Positions 24,449 through 38,344 of a stretch of 64,000 nucleotides of DNA are shown here, piece after piece. How positions within the stretch are numbered: the first letter of the stretch is position 1; each line of letters starts with the position of its first letter. Made by a program: the position numbers and the translations under genes. Below the pieces are notes generated by a model. The model saw only the letters and a program-made list of their open reading frames with translations, searched no databases and had not been told where the DNA came from. Source of the DNA: Octopus vulgaris (taxonomy: Eukaryota). Location of the stretch: assembly GCA_951406725.2 (NCBI GenBank), contig OX597826.1, positions 74,338,001-74,402,000 of the forward strand. The letters run 5' to 3'.

Positions 24449-25815
24449 GAATATATAGGACAGGTTTCTTTATGTTTCCGTCCACCAAATACACTCATAA
24501 GGCTTTGCTTGGCCCAAGGCCATAGTAGAAGACACTTGTCCAAGATGCCACGCAGTGGGACTGAACCTGGAATCATGTGATTGGTAACACCCACCAACTA
24601 GTACACTTACAGACACACACACATGCTTACCCATACTACAAGGGGCGTATAATCCGGGTGTGCTAGGTGTGCACTACACACTCATCGGAAATGGCAAATT
24701 CATTATAAAAGTTTAGCCTTCCTCATTAATTTAATCACAAATCTTAATGGAAAGCTTTCGTCCTGCCCCTGCTTGAAATTTGGTGGCATTTGGCGTGGCA
24801 GCCTATCCATTAGAGCAACTACCATACGCCACTCCATTACTGCCCATCCTCACAAACACTGTCGCACATCTACACACAAGCAAATATAAGCAGTCAGTCA
24901 GTCATTCACTTACAAACAAACAATAATACACAGATATCTAACTATCCTTTTACACGCATATAAACACACAGATATACACCCACCCGATCATACGCCCACC
25001 AGCACACAAATATACAACCAGCCATTCATTTCCATATACAAATAATGCACATACGAAAACATTTGCATACATAAACATTGACCCAACCTCGTATACATAT
25101 ACAAACATACGATATACGCAGCTACCCACTCATCCATATAAAAACGACCAAGCACACAAACACACTGATAGCTACTCATTGCCATATGCATATACACACA
25201 CGCGCACCAACATACATACTCGTCTTTCACCAACCAAAATACTACGAGACTCTTTCTTCCAACGTTCTTCCTCGCTTTTCCTCTCTCCGTACAAGCAACA
25301 ATCTTTCAGCATCGTAACAAAGGAGTTTTTCTAGATCGTGTCTGCTGCTCACCAGTGACCAAAGACAAGAGAGAGACCAGTCACGCCTAATTAGTTGCGG
25401 GTTCCATCTTATTCAGACGCACAACGTACGCCAATATATCTTCGCATACCAGGAGTATATTCGGCTCTCATAACTAAATAGGAAATAAAATGTCACATAT
25501 TGTAAATACCTACCAGCAGGAACACCAACCACCAGGGGTGGTGTTTCTATCAGCATTAACAATCAGTACATCCTCGATGTAATAAAATTTCTTTGCTATG
25601 AATGGTGTTGTAACAACAGAAAGGCGATATTAAAATTGTAACAAAAGCACTGCGTGTGAGGCGGAGAGCATAATATCTGAAAGGCATATATATATATATA
25701 TATATATATATTAATAGTAATGGTAAGACAACAAAAGAATGAAAGAGAGCTCGATATTATGTAAATAGAGGAATTTATCTGTAATATAATATGTGACAAT
25801 TATTCGATTCCCATA

Positions 25816-25874
25816 ATAAAACTCAGAGTTTCGGATGTCGAGGCGGAAACCTGCCCCGGCATCTCTTCAGTTAT
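25816..25874 (-). ncRNA. Type-I hammerhead ribozyme, canonical core
   Basis: Minus strand ATAA-CTGAAGA-GATGCCGGGGCAGGTTTCCGCCTCGACATC-C-GAAA-CTCTGAG-TT-TTAT, within a TA-flanked repeat of about 25710-25910. Confidence 0.65.
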
Positions 25875-25994
25875 GGAGGCAATCAAAATATGCTATGAAA
25901 ATGACCATATATGTATATATATATATATATATATACACAGAGGTGTGATATATTTGTTTAGGAAGTTGATTGTTATCATCGGTCAGAGCCCTTC

Positions 25995-26060
<66 letters not shown>

Positions 26061-26127
26061 GTCTGTCTATCTGTTTTTGTCTGTCTATCTATCTATGTTT
26101 AGTACTGCCACTAACGCACACATGTGT

Positions 26128-26201
<74 letters not shown>

Positions 26202-26426
26202 ATATAAATAGATATTTAGTGTATGTATTTCTAGTCTTGCTCTAAAAACCAATTTGTGTTTTTGTGTTTGCAATCAATTAAAAACTACACACCCGTGCAT
26301 CACACATGTTTCACGCAACAAAGGTTTCACCACGAACAGTTCTATTTCCAAACAGTAATATTAGTATTTCGTTTTTGGATTTGGTTTGCAAGATTCTTTA
26401 CGTGAGTTCGTGCGTTGAAGCATCTT

Positions 26427-26580
26427 TTGTTGTGTGAGGGGAGAGTCACTCTCCTTGAGTGCCTTATTATTTAACACAGCCACCGGTAAAGTTTCCAATC
26501 ATAAGTGAGTGGAAACTTAACCGATGAGTGTGTTAAATAATAAGGCACTCAAAGAGAATGACTCTCCCCTCACACAACAA
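26427..26580. repeat. Inverted repeat (~75-bp arms)
   Basis: TTGTTGTGTGAGGGGAGAGTCA...TGACTCTCCCCTCACACAACAA. Confidence 0.85.
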
Positions 26581-26904
26581 TATATTAGTATTGCTATAAT
26601 AGTACAACAGATAATAATAATAGTATAGACCTGAATAGTTGAAACAGCTGTTGATACAATCTAACATGTAAATATCCCTTATACCAGCGGACCCCAGCCT
26701 TTTGGGCACCATAGACTTTGATTTCATGCAAGACAATTTTTCCACACGCGCGTAACAAAACACCAGCAAAATGCGTAATCTACAGGGTAGCCGTAAAACA
26801 TCTTTACAATCTGGTTGCATGCAAGCAATGGAGTTCACGTGGAAGTGTACGGCTGTTCGCAGTTAAACTTCGTTTGTCTTTTCCAATAAACTCTACCGAA
26901 TTAT

Positions 26905-27409
26905 CTCTTATCTTTCACCGGTTTCAGTCATTAGACTGCGGCCATGCTGGGGCACCGCCTTGTAGAATTTTTAGTCGAATGAATCGACCCCAGTATTTTA
27001 TTTTATTTTATTATTATTATTATTTTATTTATTTATTTTTGTTAAGCCTGGTACTTATTCTGTCGGTGTCTCTTTTGCCGAACCGCTGACGGGGATGTAA
27101 ACACGCCAATACCGTTTGTTAAGCGCTGATGGAGGACAAACACGCGCGCGCGCGCACACACACACACACAAACATGCGACGGCTTCTTTCAGTTTCCGTC
27201 AACCAAATCCACTTTATAACAAAGTAAAACACCTGCCTTTTTCCTTTGTGTATTCGAACGCTACACCTTTGCTGTTGTATGTCTTCTTCATCCGAAAGGA
27301 TGAAAGGCAAAGTCGACCTCGGCGGAATTTGAACTCAGAACGTAACGACAGACGAAATACGGCTACGCATTTCGCCCGGCGTGCTAACGATTCTGCCAGC
27401 TCGCCGCCT
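26905..27409 (-). mobile_element. Family-B SINE fragment (26905-27212) and family-A SINE head (27290-27409)
   Basis: Homology to the other copies in the window. Confidence 0.75.
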
Positions 27410-27724
27410 TCTTTTTTTCTTCATTACCATTCTGCTCATAGATGTCGCCACTATTTCCTGTCAACCCAGCGCTTACAAAGGTTCGCGTGAAACATCAACA
27501 ACGCCAACCTATTTCATTTAAACCTCGCACTTAAATACTGAAATCAATCATGGGACACATATTGTGTCTTGTATGGAAATCGGTTGATTGTCCCGGAATG
27601 AAAATGTGTGACTGAGGTAGGAACGGCGGTGGTGGTGGTGGTGGTGGTGGGGTGATGGGAGGGGTGTAGTCGTCGTCGTCGCAGTCGCCGCCCTCGGTGT
27701 TGTTGTGACTGATGTTTATGTATG

Positions 27725-28375
27725 TGTTTATGTGTGTGTGTGCGTATGTGTGCGTGTGTGTATTTTTGCATGCGTTTCTGTGTATGTGTGTATGTGTGTG
27801 TGTGTATGTGTGTGCGTATGTGTGCGTGTGTGTATTTTTGCATGCGTTTCTGTGTATGTGTGTATGTGTGTGTGTGTATGTGTGTGTTTGTGTGTGCGTA
27901 TGTGTGCGTGTGTGTATTTTTGCATGCGTTTCTGTGTATGTATGTATGTGTGTGTGTGTATGTGTGTGCGTATGTGTGCGTGTGTGCATTTTTGCATGCG
28001 TTTCTGTGTATGTGTGTATGTATGTGTGCGTATGTGTGCGTGTGTGTATTTTTGCATGCGTTTCTGTGTATGTGTGTACGTGTGTGTATGTGTGTGCGTA
28101 TGTGTGCGTGTGTGCATTTTTGCATGCGTTTCTGTGTATGTGTGTATGTATGTGTGCGTATGTGTGCGTGTGTGTATTTTTGCATGCGTTTCTGTGTATG
28201 TCTGTATGCGTGTATTTGTGTGTGTATGGCTATGCGTGCGTATGTATGTGTGTATGGCTATGCGTGCGTATGTATGTGTGTGTATGGCTATGCGTGCGTA
28301 TGTATGTGTGTGTATGGCTATGCGTGCGTATGTATGTGTGTGTATGGCTATGCGTGCGTATGTATGTGTGTGTAT
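27725..28375. repeat. Microsatellite-derived minisatellites: 7 units of ~60-80 bp, then 5 units of ~30 bp
   Basis: Anchors TTTTTGCATGCGTTTCTG (x7) and ATGGCTATGCGTGCG (x5). Confidence 0.9.
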
Positions 28376-28841
28376 GCATGCTGTGTGTGTATACGTGCTA
28401 TGTGTGTGTGTGTAGTTGTATGTTTGAATGCTCAACTTGTGTAAGTGGTTGTAGGGAAACGAAGTGTTTACATGTCGGCGTGTGTGTTTCAGTGTTTTCT
28501 TTTGTTAGTATTTGCGTGTTTGCGTGGGAGGTAGAGAGAATTTGTGTGCGTGTGTGTGTGTGTATGAGTATGCGTGCGTGTGTGCGTGTATGTGTGTGTG
28601 TGTGTGTGTGTGTGCGCGTGTGTGTGCGCACGTGCGTACGCGTGTATGTGTGAGGATGCGTATATACGTATCTAGTTCTGTCGGTAGTTATCGGAATGTA
28701 GCATTGACCATAAATCAAAGCCTATTGTACTAAATGTATATTTTGACAAATCAAGAGAATAGTCTTGAAGCGCCCCCTTCTTTGAAACTTTGACTGAAGA
28801 TAGATTAGCAAAGAACAACAAACAGTTACTGACTCTGTACA

Positions 28842-28878
<37 letters not shown>

Positions 28879-30739
28879 TGTATGTCTGTGTGGTTGGTCA
28901 CACACTCATAGACACGTCAAATCTGATCGCAATTTCGAATTAGATTACTTTAGAAGTAAACATAAATAAACAAACAAATAAGGTCTGCTTGGAAATTGCT
29001 GAAACAATAGTCCAATCACATCTAGGGGTCACCTGTTACCATTTAATTTCTCAAACTTAAGAGAAAACAAATAGAAAATCATGTGGTAAGGTAGTGTACA
29101 CGTGTTGTGTTTCGATCTATGCCCGTTTCAGTCAGAATGTGAGCGCCTTGCTTATTTTATAATGTCACTAAGGCGCTGTTCCAATTAGGCCAACATAACA
29201 AAAGGTGAAATGGTTTGAGCCCATCAAAACAGATGGACAGGCGCACACAGAAACGACACCCCAGTAGACAGTTTTAAAGCCAAATCTGAACATTCGTGCG
29301 TATAGACGTGCAAAATAGACGTGTGTGTGTGTATGTAAACAACACACACACATCCGCCCGCTCACATACATATCATTGTTTACACAAACATACGACGTCT
29401 GTCTGAAACGAAACCGAACTTTTTTTTTTGCTGGCGGGGATAGGAAAAGAAAAATTATTGTTTTACTAGCAATTTAAGCAGTCAAATTTAAAGTACTCAA
29501 TATCCAGAGTCATTTGAAATACTATCAATAAAAAAAGATAAAAAATAAGGAAGAAAATGAGGCTTCCATCGTTGTTCACTCCGGATTTCACTTTGTTGCT
29601 TATATTAACAAACACAACGTCTTGTTTTTATTAAGCGGCAATGCGAAAGCAACGTTAAAAACCCAATTTATTTTACTAATGCACATACACCCCACCACAC
29701 ACAAACACACATATGTGTGCGCATGAGATAAAGCATTTCCCTATAACAATATAATAAAATCTCAAGATCATTGGGGAAAATAAATAAATCTGTCGTAGGT
29801 TAAAGTCAGAAAAGATGGATTAATTGAAAAAACAATGATGAAAATAAGCTGCATGCTCATGCGTATTTCCATGAGTATGTTGTGTGTATGTTTGCTTGAA
29901 AGAAGTTAATTTTGTATAGGCTGTATGACACAATTTCGTAATAGATGCTTCTCAAAATGTCAATATTTCACGAAATATTTTGCCTGCTTTTGAAGTACAG
30001 ATCTTGTTCATGCGGATTTTTGAGGATGAAGCATTGTTCTGGTCTGCATGCATCATATCTTTATTTCCATTCTTTTAAGACCTTGTATAAGGTTTTGGAA
30101 ATTAAAATCTTATTTTAATTATCAAATGTTGTCGTTAAATTTTGTCATATTTATCTTATCTATGAATTTAAAGGAGGAAGTAAGCTTGTAAAATTCTTGA
30201 ACAGCCATTCAGTCATGCCTATGTATCGTTTACGTTCATAGTCGAATACATATCGAATGAGTATATGCGTACTCGTACATTACGATAACATGCAAACACA
30301 GAAATTGTAATAGTATTGCTGAAATATGCGTTCTTAAGTATTAACTAGTAACTTTATATTTTTATTTTCTCCAACAGTCACATCAGTGTGCGTTTATGGA
30401 GGTGTCAAAGAGTTTTATCGAGAATCTATCACTGAAGCTCTTTAATTATGATTTTTTGATAATCTATTACAGTGTTGCTCAAAGTTTCACCAACTGATGT
30501 TCTCATCACATTCCTTGCAGCCTCATCCACACATGCTATGAACACACTAGCTTTTCTTGGTATTAGATCTAGTGTAAATTAAAAACTTTAAAGCAAGTTA
30601 TTCAACGCTATAAATAAACCTTTGTATTTTCACATAAAACGGATCTCAATAAAGTCACAGTTTTGTTGGGATGGGTGGAACTTGGTGTAAGGAAATCAGC
30701 TTCACTACATCAAGCGAGAAAGTAATAAGAAAGTTGCGG

Positions 30740-30932
30740 AGATGTACTTGCTTAGCAAGTGATCTGATCTGAGATCGTGTGCTGGAACGAAAACAATTGC
30801 AGCGTGGAAGGTGTTTATAAGCCATTTAAGAAGCACACAAAAACCGTTAGATTCACTTCAACATTTAAATTTAATTTGTCAAAATATTTTCGTCGCTCTG
30901 AGACCGCGACCTGTTCACTGACAAAACTCCGT
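30740..30932 (-). mobile_element. PLE-like terminal repeat, same family as 58700-58990
   Basis: ATGTACTTGC.TAGCAAGTGA.CTGATCTGAGATCGTGTGCTG... shared between the two loci. Confidence 0.8.
30875..30925 (-). ncRNA. Minimal type-I hammerhead ribozyme, G3-C8 core variant
   Basis: Minus strand TTTGTCA-GTGAACA-G-GTCGC-GGTCTCAGA-GCGAC-GAAA-ATAT-TT-TGACAAA: 7-bp stem I, 5-bp stem II, palindromic stem III. Confidence 0.7.
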
Positions 30933-32117
30933 GCTGTTGTTGTTTAATAAGAAAGTGTTTTAGATTTTCGAGTTCAATAATTCCCAGTCTCTTTCTCTGC
31001 TTCGAAAGGAGCTGGAACATTCTACTGAAGCGTGGCACTACTGAATATGATACATCTTGACTTTGTTCCAAAGAGCAGAGAAGCAATCAGAAATGTTTTT
31101 CATATCATTATGATTTAAAAAAAAAAACTTCGGCCTCAACTCAATATTATTTTGGAGTGATTCCTCCACTATTCCTGATTTTCTTTTTCATAACTTGGTT
31201 TATCAGCCAGTCCCATATAACAAAAAGAAAAACAGAATTTCGAAATCTCTCAGATATGATTCTACGTAGCTCATCCAAATATGTGTACGATACATTTGAA
31301 GGTCAGTATTTGGTATTTGGCATGCTCTCCTTCTATAATTTTACAACGATCTATCCTTATATATTTTAAAAATGAAACTTGATTACCACAACTGGATAGA
31401 CTGTTGCAGATTCTTACAGAAACAATAGCATATAATAAATATAGAAGAAAGCTTAATGTCGATAGTAAAATTGTTGCTTTTAAGGTTATACCATGATTAT
31501 TTTATGAATAATATTTAATAGTCGAGTGTTTCATGATTAATAAATTAATATTGTGGTCTGTAGAAGGTTAGGTCATTTTACTACACGTGAGGGACTTGGG
31601 ATTTTGTAGCGCTTGTATGGGTTTCCCGCTCACTAAGAACCGTTGGCAACCTTGAATACAATGTAGCTTATGTACGTATGGCATGTGTATGTGTATTCAT
31701 GAAATATAAATGAAGGCTGTCTGATGTTACGTACAGATAAATGAATATATCGTGTGCCGTGGCAGAGGTGAATGATCTCCTTGCTTTCCACTACCTCTGC
31801 CTTCCTTCACTGCCTTTAGAGGGAGGAGTAGAGACTATTTTGGAAAAGACTGGTTTATTATGTAAGTCATTAGCATATTGCTTTTCGCTTTCAGGCGTGT
31901 GTCGTTACGCCAAGTCTTTCTTGAATTGAATACTCGATACACCAAACAAAGGCTCTCTATCATTACTTAACGTAGTCTCAGAAGGATCGTGCGCTCTGCA
32001 GCTCATGCTAGCAAATGTTTACATAATCTAACCATTACATGTACTATATACACATATATTTTCTCAACATCCCGAGAAATGATAATAATGGCGATGATGA
32101 TGATGATGATGATGATG

Positions 32118-32581
<464 letters not shown>

Positions 32582-32599
32582 GATAATAATAATAATAAT

Positions 32600-32774
32600 A
32601 CATGGAACAAATAGGGCTGTAATAAGAGAGGAGCACTTGCAGAGAACAGCACTGCTTGGAACTGCCAGAATACTCCGGATGGTGCTCGAAAAATAAGGGG
32701 TGTTACCTTAGTTCACTGGTAGTGAACAGCTGGCACCGTAGTACATCTTCAGCGTTAGAAGGTGTGCAAAGACG

Positions 32775-32810
<36 letters not shown>

Positions 32811-33182
32811 GTAATAATAATAATAATGGATCATAGATATAGCATGCCCAGCTGATTACAATGTATGCGATAAGGAAGAAAGAAAAGTAGAGAGATATGA
32901 CAGGTTAGCTTGGGAAGTTAAGCAGTTGTGGTCGATGAAAAAGGTGGTAGTAGTACCAATAATTGTCAAAGCCCTGGGAACAGTGAGTAAAAATCTTGAG
33001 AAGTACATGGAACAATTAGGGCTGCCATAAGAGTTGATCACTTGCAGAAAACAGCACTGCTTGGAACTGCTCGAATACTCCGGAAGGCACTCGAAAAATA
33101 AGGGGTGTTACCTTAGTCCACTGGTAGTGAACAGCTGACAATGTAGTACATCTCCAGCGTTAGAGGCTGTGCAAAAGCGTTA
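32600..33182 (+). mobile_element. Two 5'-truncated copies of a second R4/Dong-like family (32600-32774, 32826-33182)
   Basis: IDIACPADYNVCDKEERKVERYDRLAWEVKQLWSMKKVVVVPIIVKALG; shared 3' ends, each bounded by (TAA)n. Confidence 0.8.
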
Positions 33183-33197
33183 ATAGTAATGATTGCC

Positions 33198-33395
33198 ACA
33201 AGGCCAGCGATTTCGTGTGAGACGGTAAGTCGGTTACATAGACCACAGTGCTCAAGTGGTACATATTTTATCGACCCCGAAAGGATGAAAGGCAAAATCA
33301 ACCCCCAGCAGCATTTGAACCCAGAACGTAAAGGAGAACGAAATACCACTAAGCATTGTGCCCGATCGGCTAACGATTCTGCCATCTCGCCGCCT
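33198..33395 (-). mobile_element. SINE family A
   Basis: Reverse-complement head and core. Confidence 0.8.
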
Positions 33396-33476
33396 TGTTA
33401 ATCTGTCTGTCTAGATATCCAGATAGACACCCCATACAGTATATAATAGAAGCCATTTATTATTATTATTATTATT

Positions 33477-33529
<53 letters not shown>

Positions 33530-33591
33530 TATTATTATTCTATGTTTGACTTTTGCTTTATATTTGTACGGTGTTGTACATTTTGCGTAGG

Positions 33592-33626
<35 letters not shown>

Positions 33627-34599
33627 AGTTAATGTTATCAAATGGTTAGTGATGCCGAGGAATAGTTATAGCTCCTACTTAATATCAACCGCCTGTAATT
33701 GTCATCGAAGAGACTCCTTCCACTGCTGATCACAAAAAGCGGTTTTATATACAAATACCTACACGTGTGCGTGTGTGTGTATGCATGTATGTGTATCTCT
33801 TATGTGTATACATTGTCTACACATTATGTGTGTGAGTGTGTATGTGTGTGCCTGTGTGTGCGTGTGTGTATTTGTTATAAGAAATTTGCGTGTGAAGTAA
33901 TTTGAGCGTCAAGAAAACTGCCAAATTATCTTAGAAATGTATTCAAGCGTGAATTCTTAACGTTTTAAAAAAAAATATGGAAGTTAAATACCGTGGAAAG
34001 ATCTAGAAGGAAAAAAAAATTGCATCTGAATCTGCGACGTCAATCGCTCTGTTGTTAAATAGGATTGCAAAAAGCAAAGTCTTGCTTGCAAATATACGAC
34101 AATGAACCGGAAGGGAAGAGTTCAAGTTTCACAAGTTCCTTGCTTTTTGCCTTTTTTAAAAAAATTATTATTACTGAGTGTTTATATTTTATATTTTGTT
34201 CTTTTATTACTTACTTGCTTCATTTAGTGGACATGCTGGTGGGTCTGCATTGGGGAGGTCTGCATGGGGTCGGGTGGGGTGTCTGCATTAGGGGGTTTGC
34301 GTGCTGGGGGGGGGGGGGTCTGCATCGTCGAACAGATCGATCCCAGTACATATTTTTAAGTACTTACTATATCGTTCGCTTTCGACTTTTTGCCGAACCT
34401 CTTTAAGTGGTGGGAATGTAAGCTAACCAACACCGGTTATCAAGCGATGGAGATGGCACAAATACAAACGAAAAATACAGATACATACACACATGCACAT
34501 GCACCACACACACACACGCACACATACATACATACAGACATACATACATACAGACATATGTGTGTGTGTGTGTATAATAAACCCTTATATATATATATA

Positions 34600-34913
34600 T
34601 ATATCACCGTGATGACCGTGACCGACCAGGCTAGCAGCTGTTGCTACACATCGCTGGTCACAATGTGCTTTGCATTGTTTTAGCCTTCAAATGATGCCAC
34701 CCCGCTGGCTAAGCGAGCAGGCCAACAAAAGAAAGAATGAGAGAAAGTTGTGGCGAAAGAGTACAGCAGGGATCACCACCTCCCCCTGCTGGAGTTTCGT
34801 AGAGCTTTTAGGTGTTCTCTCTATATAAACACTCACAACGCCCGGTCTGGGAAATCGAAACCACGATACTACAACTGCGAGTCCGCTGCCCTAACCACTA
34901 GGCCATTACGCCT

Positions 34914-34915
<2 letters not shown>
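34600..34915 (-). mobile_element. SINE family C
   Basis: Reverse complement of the GGAGGCGTAATGGCCTAGTGGTTAGGGCAGCG head; tail shared with 20682-20800. Confidence 0.8.
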
Positions 34916-34957
<42 letters not shown>

Positions 34958-35093
34958 GTACAAACCCTTAAAAAATCTTTGTTCACTTTCCTCGCTTTCA
35001 ACCCATGCCAAAGGGGTAAATAACGTAGTTCTTAAAGCTATTTGGCGTCTATTTCTATCATGTGGTGCTGCTCATCAATGCTCTTATTATGAT

Positions 35094-35138
<45 letters not shown>

Positions 35139-35335
35139 AAAATATTTAGTTTTTATACGCAATATAAAAACTAAATAGGAAAAAACTCAATTGTCACTAA
35201 ATGTGGCTGAGGGTGCTGGGTAGCACCTATATTGCTAGAAATAAGAGTTAAAAATTCCTTTGAGATGCAAGAAAGCACATTTTCATATACTGATAAGGGA
35301 GATAACCGCCACATAAGCGAAACTATATATACATA

Positions 35336-35547
35336 TATATATTCATATAAATTCAGTGTACATTTAAACACATAAGAAGTAACCATCATAGAATACCTGG
35401 CACGCTAGGAGGAATATTTTTCGTTCCCTTCGAAATTTATCCCTAATAGTGGTTTGGATTTTGGCTATTCCTTCTAGCATGCTAGGTATCCTATGATGGT
35501 TACCTTTTATGCGTTTAAATGTACACTGTATTTATATGAATAATATA
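35336..35547. repeat. Inverted repeat (~85-bp arms, ~38-nt spacer)
   Basis: ATTCATATAAATTCAGTGTACATTTAAAC...GGAATA / TATTCC...GTTTAAATGTACACTGTATTTATATGAAT. Confidence 0.8.
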
Positions 35548-35783
35548 TAATCTATTGACTAATTTCCCTACACGCTAGGCCACAGGTAGTAAAAATTTCT
35601 AAATTTTTTTTTACCCTGATATTACTAATATATATATATATATATATATGCAACATGCATCCACACAGTTGCCGTCGACCAAATCCACTCACAAAGCAGT
35701 GGTCAGCTCGGAGGATTTAGCAGAAGACACTGGTACAAGTTGCTACGCAATGGAAGTGGATCAGAAACCACATGGGTATAAAC

Positions 35784-36112
35784 CAGGGGTCGGCGACCCG
35801 TAGTAAATTACCCCAAGTGGGGTAAAAATGAAATTCTTGGAGATAATGAGGACTTATTATACATAAGTAAAATTACATAAAAAAACGTGTTCCTTGTTAC
35901 GACAGAAATTTTTCTTCTGGCAAACTGCATCTGTCCATTGTAATGGATGTGGAAATAAATTCGTATAAATAGATTCAATAAAATAGACTCAGTAAATCTT
36001 TTGAATTCAAAGAATCTATGTTTTTCTTTCTTTCAAATCAAGGGGATAACTTCGGCGTAAATAGAAATATTTTGGGGTAATTGGTAAAAAAAAAACAGTT
36101 CCCCGAGCCCTG
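35784..36112. mobile_element. hAT-type MITE inserted in a family-B SINE
   Basis: Termini CAGGGGTCGGCGA / TCCCCGAGCCCTG; TSD GTATAAAC/CTATAAAG. Confidence 0.7.
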
Positions 36113-37613
36113 CTATAAAGCAAAGCTTCTGAACTGGAAAGCCATGCCTTATATTTAACATACTCAGACGTATTCTTTGAATCATCTTATAATATTGGTT
36201 TCAAATTTTGGCACAAAGCCAGTCATTTTTGGGGAAGGGGACTAGTTGATTACATCGACTCCAGTACTCAACTGGTACTTATTTTATTGACCCCCAAAAC
36301 GAAAAAGTTGACCTCGGTGGAATTTGAATTCAGAACATAAAGACGGACGAAATACCACTAAACATTGTGCCCGAACTGCTAACGATTCTGGCAGCTTACT
36401 GCCTTCAGAACTTATCTTATTAATAAATCAATATACATAACTGGATGAGTATAATTAATATCTGTAACCTAGAATATAATAAATGTACAGAGTGTTTCAT
36501 ATGTGCATACCTCTTATGACCTTGGTGAAGGCAGGTTAACACTAAACGACCTCCACACACACTGTGTATATAGATCAGATCTGTATGTTGAGATAAGCAA
36601 AGACTTCCAGCTGGATATGAAACTAAGTTAATTGAATTAAAAGTTACAAACAGCAACAACTTTACAGCTACGTCCTACTTCCCTAAGCTGATAGGAATGT
36701 CAGTTTTTATCAATCAACCTCTTTTACTCTAGTCTCTTCCTATAAAATTGACCCCGTTGTAAAATTTACGAATTTGTTTCCGTTGTCGTAGCTAGGAAGT
36801 CTTTTTTTTTTAAATGTGAGAACAAAATAGAATCTATACTATAATAAACTATGATGAATGAAAGAGATTAATATGGTATAGGAATAACTTGTATTAAAAT
36901 GTTCTTCTGAAGAGCGATCTCATATGAAAAAAAGAGAATAAATAAATAAAAAGGCAATTCGTTCTGAATTGTACCATTCTGTAAACTGGAAGTTGGATTC
37001 TTGGGTTAATCTTACGGAGGAACACGTGCCTCGTCTAAAGCTTATCTCAATTGTAACCGTGATGTTATTTAGGTTTTATAATATTTAGACAAAAATATCT
37101 TTCTTAATGAAGTGGTTTTTTTTTATAAAATAAGTCCATGGGAAGCTGCGGAGTTCGTAAGTTAGATAAATGAATATAAGAAAATGTGAAATGAGTGGCC
37201 AGTTAAACCAAATTTGTATCCATTTCACACAAACACAATGGCCCTGAACATGGAAGTCCGTATATCCACATACGCACATATGATAGATAGATAGAGAGAT
37301 AGAGAGAGAGAGAGAGGGGGGGATAAAGAAAAGAGAGAAGAGGAGGGGAAAGTAAAAGAAGAGAGGAAAGAGAGAGAAGAGGAGGGGAAAGTAAAAGAAG
37401 AGAGGGAAGAGAGAGAAGAGTGAGAAGTGAACGCTTAAATTTATTTATAGATATACCCAGTGTGATTCTGTTGAAATGAAACAATATTTCTTTATTTGGA
37501 ACAGTGTATCTCGAAGCAAACAAACCAATAAATAATAGGGTGTAAACATTGGGTTACTGAAATAAAGTTACCTGTGAGAAACAATGCTTCATTCAATTCA
37601 CAAATTGGCATAA

Positions 37614-38045
37614 AGGCGGCGAGCTGGCAGAAAGGTTAGCAGGCCGGGCGAAATGCGTAGCCGTATATCGTCTGCCGTTACGTTCTGAGTTCCAAATTCT
37701 GCTGAGGTCGACTTTGCCTTTCATCCTTTCGGGGGTAGATAAATTAAGTACCAGTTACGCACTGGGGTCCATGTAATCGACTTAATCCATTTGTCTGTCC
37801 TTGTTTGTCCCCTCTATGTTTAGCCCCTTGTGGGTAGTAAAGAAATAGGTATTTCGTCTGCCGCTACGTTCTGAGTTCCAAATTCCGCCGAGGTCGACTT
37901 TGCCTTTCATTCTTTCGGGGTCGATTAAATAAATACCAGTTATGCACTGGGGTCGATATAATCGACTTAATCCGTTTTTCTGTTATTGTTTGTCCCCTCT
38001 GTGTTTAGCCCCTTGTGGGTAGTAAAGAAATAGGTATTTCGTCTG
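37614..38045 (+). mobile_element. Family-A SINE with two internal ~180-bp tandem units
   Basis: One head, then TATTTCGTCTG...AAAGAAATAGG repeated. Confidence 0.9.
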
Positions 38046-38344
38046 TCTGTTATTGAAAATTTATTGTTGGAGTGTGTTCGTAAAGTAAGTTACTGTTAAT
38101 TGTTATACCTCTTGTTGCGCCTATTGTTGGACTTTTTGTTTAAAAATTGCATTCTGGTTTTCTTTCGAAATCTATCTATGGTTTTCATCCGTGGGGGAAA
38201 ACATTAATTGCCGGCAAGATGCTGAAAAATGTCTTCGTCGGATGAAGATTCATCGACTGAGCGGGAAGCCAGTAAGATTGAAAGTTTAATTTTTGATAAT
38301 ATTTCTGATGTCTCGGAAAGTGAATTCCATGCTTTACCAAAAAG

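Noticed and set aside
27531-28733. Long ORFs up to 313 aa, and similar ones at 15.3-16.0, 48.7-49.2 and 59.5-60.2 kb
   Set aside because: Stop-free translation of TG/TA/TACA microsatellites; no protein signal
35285-35330. CTGATAA-GGGAGATAACC...CGAAAC hammerhead-like string
   Set aside because: Unpaired C3/A8, interrupted stem II, no clear stem III or cleavage site
37330-37420. ~39-bp purine-rich tandem repeat; also the repeat arrays at 27.7 kb and 57.4 kb considered as CRISPR-like
   Set aside because: No unique spacers, no cas genes, eukaryotic context
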